DNA of 64,000 nt, taken from positions 1 through 64,000 of the forward strand of contig JAUCBJ010002030.1 in NCBI GenBank assembly GCA_032718475.1, given 5' to 3'. This document shows, piece after piece, positions 44,428 to 57,830 of the stretch. Position 1 is the stretch's first letter. Every line of letters begins with the position of its first letter. The notes beneath the pieces were generated by a model, which was not told where the DNA came from, did no database searches, and saw only the letters and a list, made by a program, of their open reading frames with translations. The translations under genes and the position numbers were made by a program. This DNA comes from Nemertoderma westbladi. Lineage: Eukaryota; Animalia; Xenacoelomorpha.

Positions 44428-47400
44428 TGGTTAAACATGCCCTCTATATCGCACGTGAAGGCATGTTTTCCACTTCTAAACCTCAACAGAACCTCTATCC
44501 CCGAGTTGTAGATATTGGGGCCTTCCAGTAGGTAATAGTTTAGGCTCTTGCCGTTCGTCTTGGCAGATGTGTCGACCACCATTCTTAACTTGCCCTTCTT
44601 AGGGTCTAGAGCTACATGAAGTGGCAAATAGTAGGTCCTATCACTATTCGGCTCGTCCACTGGTAGTTCCACGGCCCATCCTTGATCCACATACTTCTTG
44701 ATGGTCTTGTGGGTGTAGTCGTTATTTTCGGGGCTCCGTCTAAGCGTTTGCTTTAATTTTCAAAGCCTTGTCATGACCATCCTCTTGTTGTCTGGTATGG
44801 GCACCTTCGGCTGCTTCCATACCATCCCTATGGTATATCGCCCCCCTCGCACTTTATCGAGTTCCTGACGCTCTTCTGCTGTTTGTCCGAGGCCGATACC
44901 GAGGTTCCCACCCCGGTATCCTTCAACCCCTCGAAGTCCTGCTGTAGCAGCCTCTTGAGTTGCTCCTCTGCTCCTTCATCCTCCATTTCCCTCATTGTTC
45001 CCGCGAACATGCACCCTGAGGATTCGGACACACTGAACGGGATTCTTGTCTTTATTGGGCCGCTGAGCGTCCATCCGAATTGCGTGAGAATGGCCACCGG
45101 GTCTTGCTCCCTTCCTCACCGAAGACGGTCTGTAGTCTCTCAGGGGCCATCGGACAGTCCATACTGACTATGAGAGACACTTTCGGGATGTCCAGTTCGG
45201 GTACGGAGAAGTTGATGTCGTCCAGGTACCGGTATTGCTCGATATCAATCTTTGTATGTCACCTGGCGTTAATGGTGATCAACTCTATTATTTGGATGGG
45301 TTCGATGGTAGCCCTATAGTCACACCCTGGTGTTATCGCTGCAATCTCGCAACGCCCCGTCCTCATCTTCATGACCTCATCTTTGCTGGAAATTGTGGTT
45401 ACCGCCATCTTACTTGGCCTTGTTTGTAACCCTATCTTTTCAGCCACCCAACTTTCCACTAGCGTGAATGCTGCTCCGCTATCAACCAGCATTAGCGTCG
45501 TAACCGATAGCTTGTTCTCCCCTATTATCCTCACTGGTACTACTCCGAGTAGTACTGTTCCCTTCCTCTTTGCTCCCATGGTGCTTGTCGCCATCGCCTG
45601 GCTTCCAGTACCATCAGTCTCGGCATATTTAATTGGTGCTTCCTGACATTCATCCTTTCTGTGTCATCCTACCGCACATTGATGACATAGTCCATTCTTA
45701 CCAGTATAGGCTATCCGATCTTGTTTAAGTCACGCCTGCCAATGCTTGCAGTCTATGTTCTTATGGGTCCCGTTTCTGTGCAATTGACATTTGTAATCGG
45801 GATTGTAGCATTCCTCATATAGCACATCGTGTATTGCATTTAGATTCATATCTAGCGGTTTGGTGTTTTGGTTGCTTGGACTCGGCCTACTGGGGGTATT
45901 GGTTTTGTATCTACTGGTGTTGTTGCTTTGTTTCTGTCCCTGTTTCTACTCCCAGCTCTCTGTGGACTTATAGTCCCCTGTGTGGCAGCATATGGTAGCG
46001 ACTGCCTCACCTTCGGTAGTGCATTAGCCACACTATGTTCGGGTTTAGGTCGGCTGTATTCCAGTTTCAGTACCTTGCCTAGACTGTCCTCACTATAGAC
46101 TGGATCCGTTATTAACTCCGCCTCGTAGTTAAGGAAGTTCGACATCTCCTCCAACCCTGGCTCCACACCCTCTTTATTTCGTGTGGAGAAAGCGATCTTT
46201 CTCCATTTATTCCATCTAGAGTCTTTAAGACTATTAGCGCTTTTTCTACTTTGTTAGCGAAAGTCTTTATGCTAACGGGGTTATCTGCGAGTCCGCGTTC
46301 GCCTGCGTTTCCTCCTGCGCAACCGCGCGGCCTTGTAGGCCCCCCGCTAGGCGAATTACCTGTTTCCCCAACGTTTGTATTAATTATACCGCCACTAGCC
46401 TCACCCTGTTGATTTATTACATTACTATTTAGATTATTTTGATTAATTTCACCGGGATTATTTATTATATTGTCGTTTACTGTACCACTACTAGCATTAT
46501 TTAAATTATTTTGGTTATTCGGTGCATCAATATTTACATTATTATTTATTAAAACATTACTTCCTGCAAGAAATGTCTTATTAGTACCAGGGGTTATCTA
46601 CTACGGTATTATTAATGTTAACGTTTTCATTGAACGTATTGTCGTTACCCCCCCCCCCCCCCCCCCCCCCCCGTCCGTCCGGTCACACCAGTTCTGGGAC
46701 CTGTCGTCCGGTACCTGTAAGTGGGGTATTAACAAAGGTTTCCATCACCCCTGGTTCCTCATAAATACTTCCCGAACCAGCCTCGCTCTCTGCTACACCC
46801 ATTTTCGCCAGTTCTAATCAGCGTTTTTGCTTCGCCTGATACTGCATTAACCCACTCAACCAGGTATGCATATCATCCCGCATTCATTTACCCACCCTGT
46901 CTCTCTCTCTGTCCTCTCTAATACTCTGATCAGCTAACTCCGCCGCCCTCGCCTCTCGCTCTCTACCCTCGTTCATCTCTCTCGCCTCCTGCTCTCTGTG
47001 CTAGTTCACTTCTCTCTCAATCCTCTCAGCTCTCCTCGCTTCCTGCTCTTTGCGCTCATTCTCTTCTCTCTCAATCCTCTCAGATTTCCTCGCTTCCTGC
47101 TCTTTGCGCTCATTCTCTTCCCTCGTCTCTCACTCTTTGCGCTCATTCTCTTCCCTCATCTCTCGCTCTTTGCTCTCACTCATTTCTCTCTCATCACGTT
47201 CTCTATAGTTTCTCGCCACCCTCTCGGCCCTCTCTTTACACTCTCTCGGTAGTTGCCTTTCCCTTTCTAGTAACGCAGTACCCTCTAGTCTCCAGTCCTC
47301 CAGTCTCTCTAGTTCCTTTTGGTCTAGCGCGACTATGTCTAGCTGGCACGCCAGATCTATTTCTAACACCCTTCTTGCTTTCGTGGAGGATGAAGCGGAC

Positions 47401-47722
47401 TTTTCAGTTGCGACGGACTCCCGTCGCCTGTTCGTTCTACTAATTTTGCTATGCTTACTAGCATTCCTACTAACCGACGACACCGAATCTTCAGGGTTAA
47501 CCTCGGGTTCGGCGTCATGCGGATCCGCCCATCCCACTAACTTAATCCCCCTCGCATCCATTAGATAAGGCCCTATGTACACTATACTAGCTGCCACCAC
47601 CTCGGATTGCCACATTTCGAACAGTTCTGTGGCGACCCCCCTCGCCCTCTCACTTGCTAGTTCCCCCTGCACAAATCAGACTAAGGTAGTGAAAATGTTT
47701 GTTGCACTCACCTAGCCTCGGG
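44428..47722 (-). pseudogene. BEL-1 gag / protease / RT N-terminal fragments
   Basis: YYLPLHVA..KLRMVVD, LLEGPN, VLLRFR, CDIEGMFN, TQFGWTLSGP, LVDSGA; E/R-rich repeats at about 46980-47190; many stops and frameshifts. Confidence 0.85.
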
Positions 47723-47727
47723 TACAA

Positions 47728-48869
47728 TGTTCGCGCTTTTAGACCTTTAGCAGTTTAACCTGCCAATTTTAGTTGTGCTTTTGTTTATAAATCGACTTTA
47801 GCCTATATAAATTATTTAGTGTACTGAAATTACATCAGCCGAAGCCAGTCTGTGCGCGACCATTCACCCACAGTTAAGGGAGACTGGATTCGGATGCTTT
47901 GATAGTGATTGCGGTGTAGACCTACTGTATTATTCGATTGATCGTTACTATATAATCTCTGACAATATATTTACTTTCGGGGAAATATTAACAGTTCCTT
48001 TAGGACGTGGCGCTTTAAGTATAAAAACAGAGTTATGACTTATACTAATCACAACTAGATGGCCACTACTGAGTTTCGTAAAAAGCGCATTCTTTAGGAG
48101 ATGCTTATTACTTCACACTACTTCACACTGACTTCACACTACTTCACACTGAATCTGCCGACCATCACTGAATTTGATCATATATAAGGAGGATCGCAAC
48201 TGACACATGTAGGGATTATGAAATAGCATTTAATTCACACAAAAACCACTATAATGTAAGTCGCAGTTGCTACCGGTAAACCTGTTCCTCTCACCTTCAG
48301 TAATCAAGAAGATTGGGGGTTTTATGATTATTCATTGGTATTCTCCAAATATATCAGCAATATACATCAATATCACAACAATTAATAACAGAAGTAAAAT
48401 AATGCGGTGAACAGTCAGTATGTGTTACTTATGCAGTGTTCCATGTGCAGCAATGTTATGCAGTGTGTCGTTCGTGATTCAGATTGGTGATCCAAGTCAG
48501 TTAATAGTTTTACGTTCTTGTAATCAAAGCCATCAGATGTTTAGGCCAAAGTCTGAAACTTCCACAACAGAAGTACAGAATAACTCTAAGCCGGTTCTCT
48601 GGCTCAGAAAGGTAAACAAATACCGTAATGCATTGCGCGGTTTTCCATAGGCCCCTGTCCAACATAAAGTGAAAATCGCTCTGATTGGCTGAGCAGAACA
48701 AAGAGGTTCCACGTCTACAGGAAATCAGCTGACAGATTTCGTCATCTGAGCTCCAATCTTTTAGAGTATTATGCGCATTGCGGCAAAAACGACTTGTTAT
48801 GTCCGCTAAAGCACCTACACTGCGCATTGCGGGGAAAAATGACTTGTTATGTCCGCAAAAGCTTTTACA
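47728..48869 (-). repeat. BEL-3 3' LTR
   Basis: Direct repeat of 59334-60489 with several substitutions and indels. Confidence 0.95.
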
Positions 48870-48947
48870 CCGCTCCCAGAAAATGGGATTTAATTCTATA
48901 AAATATAAAAAATCACAGTTTCTAAAATATAAAAATACTCTAAACAA

Positions 48948-51151
48948 TTAGTCCTTCTTACGTGAACGGCATTTACGAAGTTTTTTGAGGCTAGCAAGAG
49001 TCCTTTTCTCTTTGGGGCGAGCCACTTTACTAGGAGGGCTATAACTCCTGGGTGAGGGGTGCAATACAATTGCATCGGAAGGTTTAGGGTTACGGTCGGT
49101 GTATCCGCCGGTCGAGGTACCCGGTTGATCGATATCAACCTCAGTGGAACGAGGTCGAACAACCTTTAGAGCGCGTTTCAGGACAGCAGCTCTTACTGGT
49201 CCCTGAAGGTTCGTTTGCACGAGAGCGGTAGGTTGACCGTGAGTAGTGAGAAATTTCCTCGGTTTGATGGTTCTTTCCAACTCGCGTTCTCTGGCTTTAT
49301 ATTCATATGGTTGTCTATGAACTTCTTGTATCTCTAGATACGAGTTTATGAACAAGTCACCGTGGAATTTATCAATGGTAGAAACTTTAAACTGTATGTA
49401 GGATCTTCCGGTTTCGCCATATAATATTGAGTTAAATTGACATAATAAGGGTGGTCTTTGATCCCATAAAATGAGTTCGGTAAAGGTCTAGCGCGTAGGT
49501 TGACCTCGTGTACCATACGACGGACAAGATCCGCTCGATTGTCCGGAGGTTCAACGAGTATACCGTCGACACGAGTGGCCTCGATTGGCGGACGTTGTAA
49601 CATAGGAGCGTCAGCGATAAGATCTCTAGATCTTAGGTTGATATCAACCGGTTGGGGTTGTACCGTGGCGAAGAGTTTGTCTCCGAAATGGGGAACCATT
49701 GAAGGATGAATAATGTTTTTGGAATAGAGATCAGTCATAAGGATTTGAGCTTCTGGCTGGGCTAAAGCTGCTTCTTCTCTCTCGTCCATTTCGATATGCT
49801 TCTCCTCGAGCTGATTTTCCTCCGCTTGTCGTTGGAAGCGTTCGTCCAAAAACTCTTGCAGAGAGTAGATTCGTCCAAGTTCGATGTCTTCCTCGAGATT
49901 CTGGAATTCCCGATCAAACTGGGGTAAAGCTAATTCTTTTACCGCTTGGACTTGCCGCTGCAATTTACGTTTATCTAAACAATCGTAAGTTCCTCTTCCA
50001 ATCTTTTGTCGAATAGCGTCTAGCGCGTTTCGTACAACGCTCTCCTCCACCTCGGTGACAGGTTGTATCGGGGTTAGACCGGGACGATTATACGGGTTGA
50101 ACGGCGATATTAGGTGTCCGCGTCCCAATCCGGCTAGGTAAGATGGGCGAATATCTAGGGAGCCCACAACCGGAGTGCCACCGACTAATTGTTCTGGTAA
50201 CACTAGATCTTTGAACAATGAGTGCAGTTCAGGAGGATCCGTCATACTATTAGGATCAAGAGTCTGAGGTCTCACCAGGGAATGGGGATGTCTGACCGAG
50301 TATTCCGGAACTCTGATCATCGGTTTATTTAAGGATCGTTTGAGTCGAGCGAGCGTAGGTGATACGTCGAACAAGTTTCGCTCGAAACTCCCGTAAGTAT
50401 AGCGAGTAAAACTGTGTTTAGCGCAACGTCTCCGCGGATGTTTATGTCTTTCCGTTTGTTGGTTGGGTCTAGGGCATTCATCGCAATAATACCAAAGACG
50501 CACGTCTTGTAGGGGAAACGCGGGTGATCTTTCTCCAGTTTTACAATATTCCTCCATCTGTTCGAAGCTATCCGGTACAACAGGTAGCGGTCGATCGGCG
50601 GTAAGATACATCATAGTGAAATAGAGTCGTTTGAGTTCTATCATAGGGTCATGATGTATACCTTGAGGATATCGAGTTTCTAGATTTTGTTGACTGGCTA
50701 CATTGAGATATGTTTCTCTCAAGAATTCCAGATATTCGTTGAAGTCACTGCGTTTATCCGGCTCTTCAACGTCTTCTCTTTCGAGTTGGTTTCGAATAGA
50801 ATTTTCGTGTTCGATTCTCAGTTTATCGTTCCGACTCCGCTGGGTATGATATTTAAATAGGATCATTTCCCTTTCGGTGTCTACATCGTCCGTATCGTGT
50901 AAATCGATAGGATGACCAGTAGTTAAGAAGTCCATATACGTACCATTACGATGCGTATAGCGAGCGGTGAATTTTCTATAGTCCAATTCACGCGTGAGCT
51001 GTTCCTTTGACATTGGCGGTTCGATATAATGGCCATCGTCCTCCGTAGTAGGTTGACTAGCGTCGCCGCGTATTAAACTATCAACAAACGCTTGCAAGGG
51101 TAGGGTATATCGCTCCCTGATACCAAGATCATCTTCTATCAACTCAGTCAT
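48948..51151 (-). CDS. BEL-3 ORF3 (601 aa, 51151-49346) with an overlapping -1-frame extension to 48948
   Basis: Long ATG-initiated ORF in the env position; shares DP..E..RLY.TM.YL.A..P.P.V.D.F..M..Y...CxxC...RCxxH...RY..G with BEL-2 ORF3. Confidence 0.8.
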
Positions 51152-52918
51152 AGCTGCTATATGAGTTTATCAATATTATAATTAATCATAATTTAGGCTA
51201 GCAGTCGTCGCTGCCTCCCCCTCAATGCCCCCGGACAGCGCAAGCTCCTCAGCGCTGATGTACTGTCGCCGCTGTGCCTCTCGCCAACGTAGTAGCTACA
51301 CAACGACAACAATAACCAGCGCGAGTCACTCCACTGTCCGTCCCAAGGGCTCAGAATTACTTCAGGTTCTTGCTACAGAGGCAGGGTAACTTTCACAACT
51401 GCGACTCGCTACTGTAAACACACTTTAGTAGTAACATTCACCTATAAACGCACAAATTCCACACAACTGTCACAAATTGTACACATTCGGGCCATTTGTC
51501 CGTTAGTCAAGTGCCTTCCAGAATGCCACGTTATTATTATGTATCCCTGGATACTAGCAGTGTGCTATTTATTCCGTATGCTATTCAATGGGGTAAGCTT
51601 TCTATTGTTCTTTTAACTCGCTTCTAATTCTAGCGTGGTTGTTGCAATGGTGACATTATGGAAAGCTAGCAGTAGAATTAGGGAAATTCTCATGCATACA
51701 GATCTGGGATGCTATTTAATAGTAATTCTTTAATTGTCAATATTCCCCTTTATACATGATTTTATGAATTTTATCGGCTATTGACTAGATATTGGAGATT
51801 CTCGCACACTAATATACTTAATAGGGTGAATCTCTGCTCCCATGATCTATTAATTAATGGAATTTTGGGAATGTTATAAATTGTATAAAATGACAATTTA
51901 TCAAAATCATGAGAGGATAAGAATTTAAATTTATTCCCGTAAATTTTATTATTTAATATTAAAATAGACACAATTTTACTCCAGAACATGTCTGTCTGGG
52001 GACTAGGATCCTTAATTCTAGGAAATTTGTTTTTTTAAGAGCATCGGTAAGTGCTACGATATCTTAATCGACTAGAATTTTTAAAGGATCTGAATTTTAA
52101 CAGATTTTGATTTATAGATTTTTTTGGTTTACAAACTCCTTAGAGTTTATTTGTCTGCATTTACTCTATTATAACATTTGTTTTAATAGATTTTTATAAA
52201 TATTAAATAGTTAATATTTAAGATGGGCACCGATTTATTCCAGAACTTGTCTGGGGACGTTAACCACTGATTCTAGAATTTTGTCTTTCAAGTATATCGG
52301 TGGGTGCCGCGATATCTTAATCGACTAGAATTACAGATGGTCAAAGGGTTTAACAGATTTATTTTGCGTTTTACGCTACTGTTAAAGGGACATCACGCTA
52401 CTATATGTATTATTTAATATACGGCATGAGAGCAATATTGCAAGAAGCAATGTCAGTGAGAAGAGGCAAGTCGTTTCCAAGGTCTACCCAGAGCTTGGTT
52501 TAGCCGAGACACGAGGATCTGAACTTTGCATTCCTAATACTCTACTTACCAATAATACTTGAGTATAGTAGGAGCTTTATTGTACTTTAATAAGTACGGA
52601 CATTTCATCTTACTGTAGTCACGTATTTATAATATGATACGGACAGTAAGGAAAGAGAAAAATAATTATTTCTCGCCGTTGCACTAAATATATAATGTTA
52701 AGTAATTAAGTAATAAACACGGGTATATATATTGCACTAATCTACTAAATATTCGCCAAAATAACATTCTACTAAATAAAATTAAAGAAAACGATTATAA
52801 TAAAATTATATAATAATACATACATAAATATAAAAATAATAAAAAAAATATAAAATACTATAGTCACACACCCACTCCAGACGCTGTTACGTTGGGGAGT
52901 CCCTAGATGTTGGTTGGA

Positions 52919-55900
52919 TTAGGGAGGTGGTCGTGGGAAGAGTATCTTGCCTTCCATAGTTTCCGGACAGTTCTCGGTCTCTTTCCAGTAAACATAAACG
53001 ACCAACTGGGCGATTGAGTTGTTGTGTTTCGAAAACAATTCCAGGTTTCTTCTTCGTCCTGGAATAGTGATGATGGAAACACCGGTGAGGAGGTCGATTG
53101 TGTTTTCCTCATCGTATAATTGAGTAATATCGTCATTATCTGAGGAGTATGGTGTTCTCTCAGTTGTGGTTTCTCCCTCACTTATTTCTTCTTCCCATTC
53201 ACTCACCTGATGTATCCTCTCTTGAGGGAGTCTTTCCATTAGTGTTCTACGGGAAGGTCCAGTGAAGTACCAACCTACTCTCGTTCTTCCCGCGTATGTT
53301 TGTAATGGTTGCGGTCGAGCAGGCCGTTTTTCTAATGTCTCAAGTGCCTCATGCGCATTCTGGCCGATTAATATCTGCACCCCTGGGTAGTCGGTGTTGA
53401 ATCTAGGGATATCATGCTGCTGGGTAAAATGGTCTTCATCCCAGTTGTAAGGTTCCACTTGGCTGGTAGCAAAGTTCTTTATCGCCACCATTTTTACTGA
53501 CCTTATGCTATGTTCTCCTAGTTCATCCTGGGGAGTGGACAACACACCCACATAGTAGTCTGTAGCTATTGTGGATTTCCAAACCTGCATAATTCCTGAA
53601 AGGTTCAACTTAGTTCGGAACTTGGGTTGTCCAGCAAAGATGTCTTCGGCTAGTTCTTTGTCGATGAATGTACCTGTGCTGCCGGAGTCAAGGAGGGCGT
53701 TTACTATTAAACTTTTCTCTAGTCCGTGGACTCTCAGCTGCACTACAGGGAATTCCCGGATTCCGACGTTGGAAGTTGGCGCTTTCCAAGTTGGTTGCCG
53801 GTCCGGAATAGTCAGTTGATTATCGGTTTCAGTCTCATACGTAAGCACTCGATACACTGCGGTGTTTATCATATTACAGGATTCGTTTTCGTCGGAGAAT
53901 TCGTCTGTGTAGAATCCTTCCATCTCAGAGCTGTGGTCAGTGTCGTTCACATCACTGAATTGGACATGTAGTTCGGGCTCACTTACCTGACTCGTGCGGG
54001 TTTTGTCAAATTCTGTGTGCAGCAAGATGTGATGTTTCGCGCCGCACTTAGCACACCTAGCATCTGAGTAACAGGTCCGCCGTTGATGTCCTCGTCTGAG
54101 GCAATTATAACACAACCGCTTATCCCACATGACATCACGTCTATCCTTAAGGGATTTCTTTAAGAATTCATCACACCCACTCAAGCGATGGGACCCGTCA
54201 CACAATACACATTTAGGCTTGATGTTACTTACTTTAACCTGTGCTGTGTGGTGCACACTTGTTCTTTCCTCAGGCTTTCTTCCATGAATTCTCTTAGGAG
54301 ACGTAGGAGGAGTTGTTGTTACCTGTTCTCTCCTGTCACTGGTTCGAGACTTATATTTACTTACGTCTTTCTGAGTTTTGTTGACATAATAAGAACTTTC
54401 GGTGTCTTTCCCGCTGTTCTCCTCGTGGGAGGTCTGGCTTTCGCCATCGTCTGTATAACACACTGGTGTTACCTTTCTCCTAGAGACGGGTTTTTCACTT
54501 ACCTTACTTTCAGGAGTCTTCTCTCTAGACTGTTTTAGGAGTTGTAATCTTACCTCTCTGTTTAAGAATGACAGAAGGTCCGTCATGGTTGGATCTCTAT
54601 GTTGTTGGTCCATCAAATAGAGAACCTTTTTGTCCCAGCGAGTACCTACTCCACCCTTTGGCAAAGTTGATGCTAAGGCTCCTACAACCATAGAATTCTG
54701 ATATTCATGAGACTTACCTAACCAATCTAGTTGTCTACAGATCTCCTGAATCTCATCGGAAAACTCTATAATCCCGCTGCTAAGGAACTTTCGGGGCGCT
54801 ACTAATTTCGCATACAAATACCTAGCTATGTTAGTCCTATTACCATACCTGATGTTTAGTGTATCCCAAACTTGTCTTAATCCATCTGGATGTCCAATAA
54901 ACTTTAACGCCATTAACTTGGGAGGTCCTTCCAAGCACTCAATGGGGAATCTAAGTTTCTCTCCGTTAGATAGTACGGAGTTCTGTATGTTATCTTTATA
55001 ATATTCATTAAAAGGTAACCATTTCATCTCATCTCCATTGAACTTGACGACCTCTCCCACCTTTACCGTTGACGGGCTTCGGTTCTAGCCATTTGACGCG
55101 TAAAACTTTCTTGGGCCATCGTATTATTTAATATCGAGTTATCAGTATATAAATTTCTCGGATTATGATCAGGTCTATATGGAATATCATTATCAACAGG
55201 TTTATAATTACCCCCAACAGGGTTCACCACAGGAGTTTCTACTTCACTAGCAGTATAGATACGTGTAGGCTCCACACCTTGCGCATGAAATACTTCAGAC
55301 CTAACAGGTTGACACATTGTCACAGGGGGTGGTGGTATACCCAATTGTATATTTACTAATTTATCGCGTTTTAACGCGATACTCTGCTGCACTTCTTGCA
55401 ACTCTAACCTACCCTCTCTTACTGTTCCCTTTAACTGCTGAACAGTCCCTTCCAACTCCCGGACCTGCTGGGAGGAACATATACGATGTTCCCTCAGCTG
55501 CCCGAGCAGGAGACCCATCTCCCGCCGTCCCTCATCCACCCACTCTACCGCCGAAGCGGGAGCCGCCAACATAGTAGCGGGTAGACGAGGGACGACGGGT
55601 GACAAATTGTTGATGTCTTGCTCGGCATCCAGGACCGGGATTGATTCAGGGGCTATTCTACTGGGCACAGGTAGTTTAGTACTGTGCAAAGGGAATTTAG
55701 AGTTAGGTTCTGGAAGTACAGGGGTCTCTATCACAGAGTTAGTGGCTCCGAGAACAGGCCTAATTATTTCAGGCTCATCTACTATAGTAGGGAGTCTTTC
55801 TACTCTAATAATTTGGTCTGTAGGCTCAGGATTACTTAAATCTACACTAGCTAGTTGCCTTCTCACTGCTGGAGGCAAATTAGGCAATTTCTGCCGGTGC

Positions 55901-57444
55901 AGCGCCCTTCTACGTCCACTGGAACGAGATTTATTTCCTCTACCTTCAGGATCTGTTGTATCGCCTTCATCAGAGGATGTAAATCCCTGTCTCCTGGGAG
56001 TAGATCGACTTAGCAACTGCATCTGCGTAGCTGTCCTTTGTTTCTTCAAGTAATCGTGTTTCGCCTGAAGGTTCTCCAGCTCTAGTTGGGTAGTCGCTTC
56101 AGAAGCTTTCAGTTCTGCTTCTGTCACTGCCGCTTTCCTTTCAGATTCTGCCGCTGCCGCTGACGCCTTTCTCTCAGCCTCTGCCTCTGCCGCTTTTGCT
56201 GCTGCTTTTCTTTCAGATTCCGCCGCTGCTGCTGACTTTCGGTCTTCTATTTGCCGTTTCTTTAATTGTTCTTCTTGATCCATTACCATGAGGATGCTTT
56301 CATCAAATTTAGCCTGCTCCGCGGCTAATATTTCCGCATCTAACGAGTCCAACACAAATTTGGCCCCTTCACTATTAGGGTGAAGTCCAGCTAGCCGTCT
56401 CCTTAGCTCTTTGTCACCTATGAATCGTTGATAGTCCGACAGATAGATGTCAATAGCATCCTTCTTCTGAGGTTTCTCTGATATAGCTTCGCTTTCCACC
56501 TGAGAAAAGGTAGCATCTGTTGACTCTCCGTGGGTCATGCGCTCGGTTAGCTGAGCTTTCCATTGTGTCGTTCCCTGGACTTTAAGACTCACCCATTGGA
56601 ACCAAGTTTTTACGGCAACTTGCAACGACGTGTCTTGGCTTCTCTTCGAAGCTTCTTCAAAGGCCGAAAGGTTTAGTCTGATCCGTAAAATTCGTTCTCG
56701 CACTTGATAAAGCAGCTCTCCCTGCTCTTGAGGTCCTTGACGTTGTTGAAACAGGTGTTCCTCTAAGCGCTCCAAAGAGCTGAAGAATCCCTGGACATAT
56801 CCCGCTGCCGACCTCTTCCACACAGCTGGATCTCGAGTGTCTCTTACTACTCCCATCCTGTATAAGTCCTCCCAAGCAGCTTCCGATACGTTAAATGGAA
56901 GTCCAGGTCCGGGGAAGTTCCATTGCGTCTCGACAATAGACCTTAATTCCTCCATCGTATATCCCGCATAACTGTCCTTGGTCGATCGCTTACTTCTCGC
57001 CCAATCGATTTGATGTTCTTCCACCGCAATCAATACTCTAGTGAGTACAGCTCCAGGAAGAATTAGAAGTGGATCTGGATAAGCCACTTCTGCCATCCTT
57101 GCTCCGATTTCGGGTGTCAACTGTACAGTGTCTGAACTACTGGAGTTATCGGGCTGTTGAGAAATAAGTTCTCGGTTCGGGTGCTGCTGCTGTTTAACAG
57201 CTGCCTCTTGGTCCCGCTTGACTTGAGCCCTAGTGCCTATGATATACCCATGGTGTTTTACTAGCCTAGGGTCTGACACTACTACTGTAGGGATGACCTT
57301 TCTTACAGTAGGAGGGGACTTGGACTTTGGTCTCAGACGTTCTATACTCTTAGCTGAGTCCCAAATCTTTGTAAGACCCTGTCTAACACTCATTCTAACA
57401 CTTTCTAAGAGACTATCTGACAGTGTTTGTTTTGTGTCAGACAT
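52919..57444 (-). pseudogene. gag: BEL-3 gag-protease with one frameshift at about 55063
   Basis: ORFs 57444-55063 and 55060-52919 join as ...ARQR(L)KVGEVVKFNG if one T is restored. KFNGDEMKW, three knuckles (CVLC, CYNC, CAKC), ALLDSGS; ends before RT. Confidence 0.88.
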
Positions 57445-57574
57445 GATTTATTTTACAGTTGAATGCCTACTACTGTAACGACAGTTAAAGCAAGTCTAGT
57501 AATTCAGTATCAACTGTAAGCCTCGTAATTAATTACCGATACCGTTACTCAGTGTAACATGATATATATAATTA

Positions 57575-57830
57575 ATATTAAAATACCGGTATACTTATAG
57601 TATATATATAAGTATTATTACAGACTAGAATTAGTTACAGAATACCGGTATATAATTTCAGGCTAAATTTATATAAATAAATATAATAAGCCTACCGTAA
57701 ATACCGGTATACACCTATGGTATATATAAGTATTATTATAGACTAGGATTAGTCACAGAATACCGGTATATAATTTCAGCCTAAATTTATATAAATATAT
57801 ATAAAAATCCTACTTTGAATACCGGTAATG
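57575..57830. repeat. About 118-bp tandem duplication with ataccggta motifs in the BEL-3 5' UTR
   Basis: aaataccggtatac...tatatataagtattatta...cagaataccggtatataatttcag occurs twice. Confidence 0.75.

Noticed and set aside
55055-55070. Programmed frameshift in BEL-3 gag
   Set aside because: No slippery heptamer; restoring one T gives ARQRLKVGEVVKF, collinear with BEL-2 gag. A simple deletion or sequencing error is more likely.
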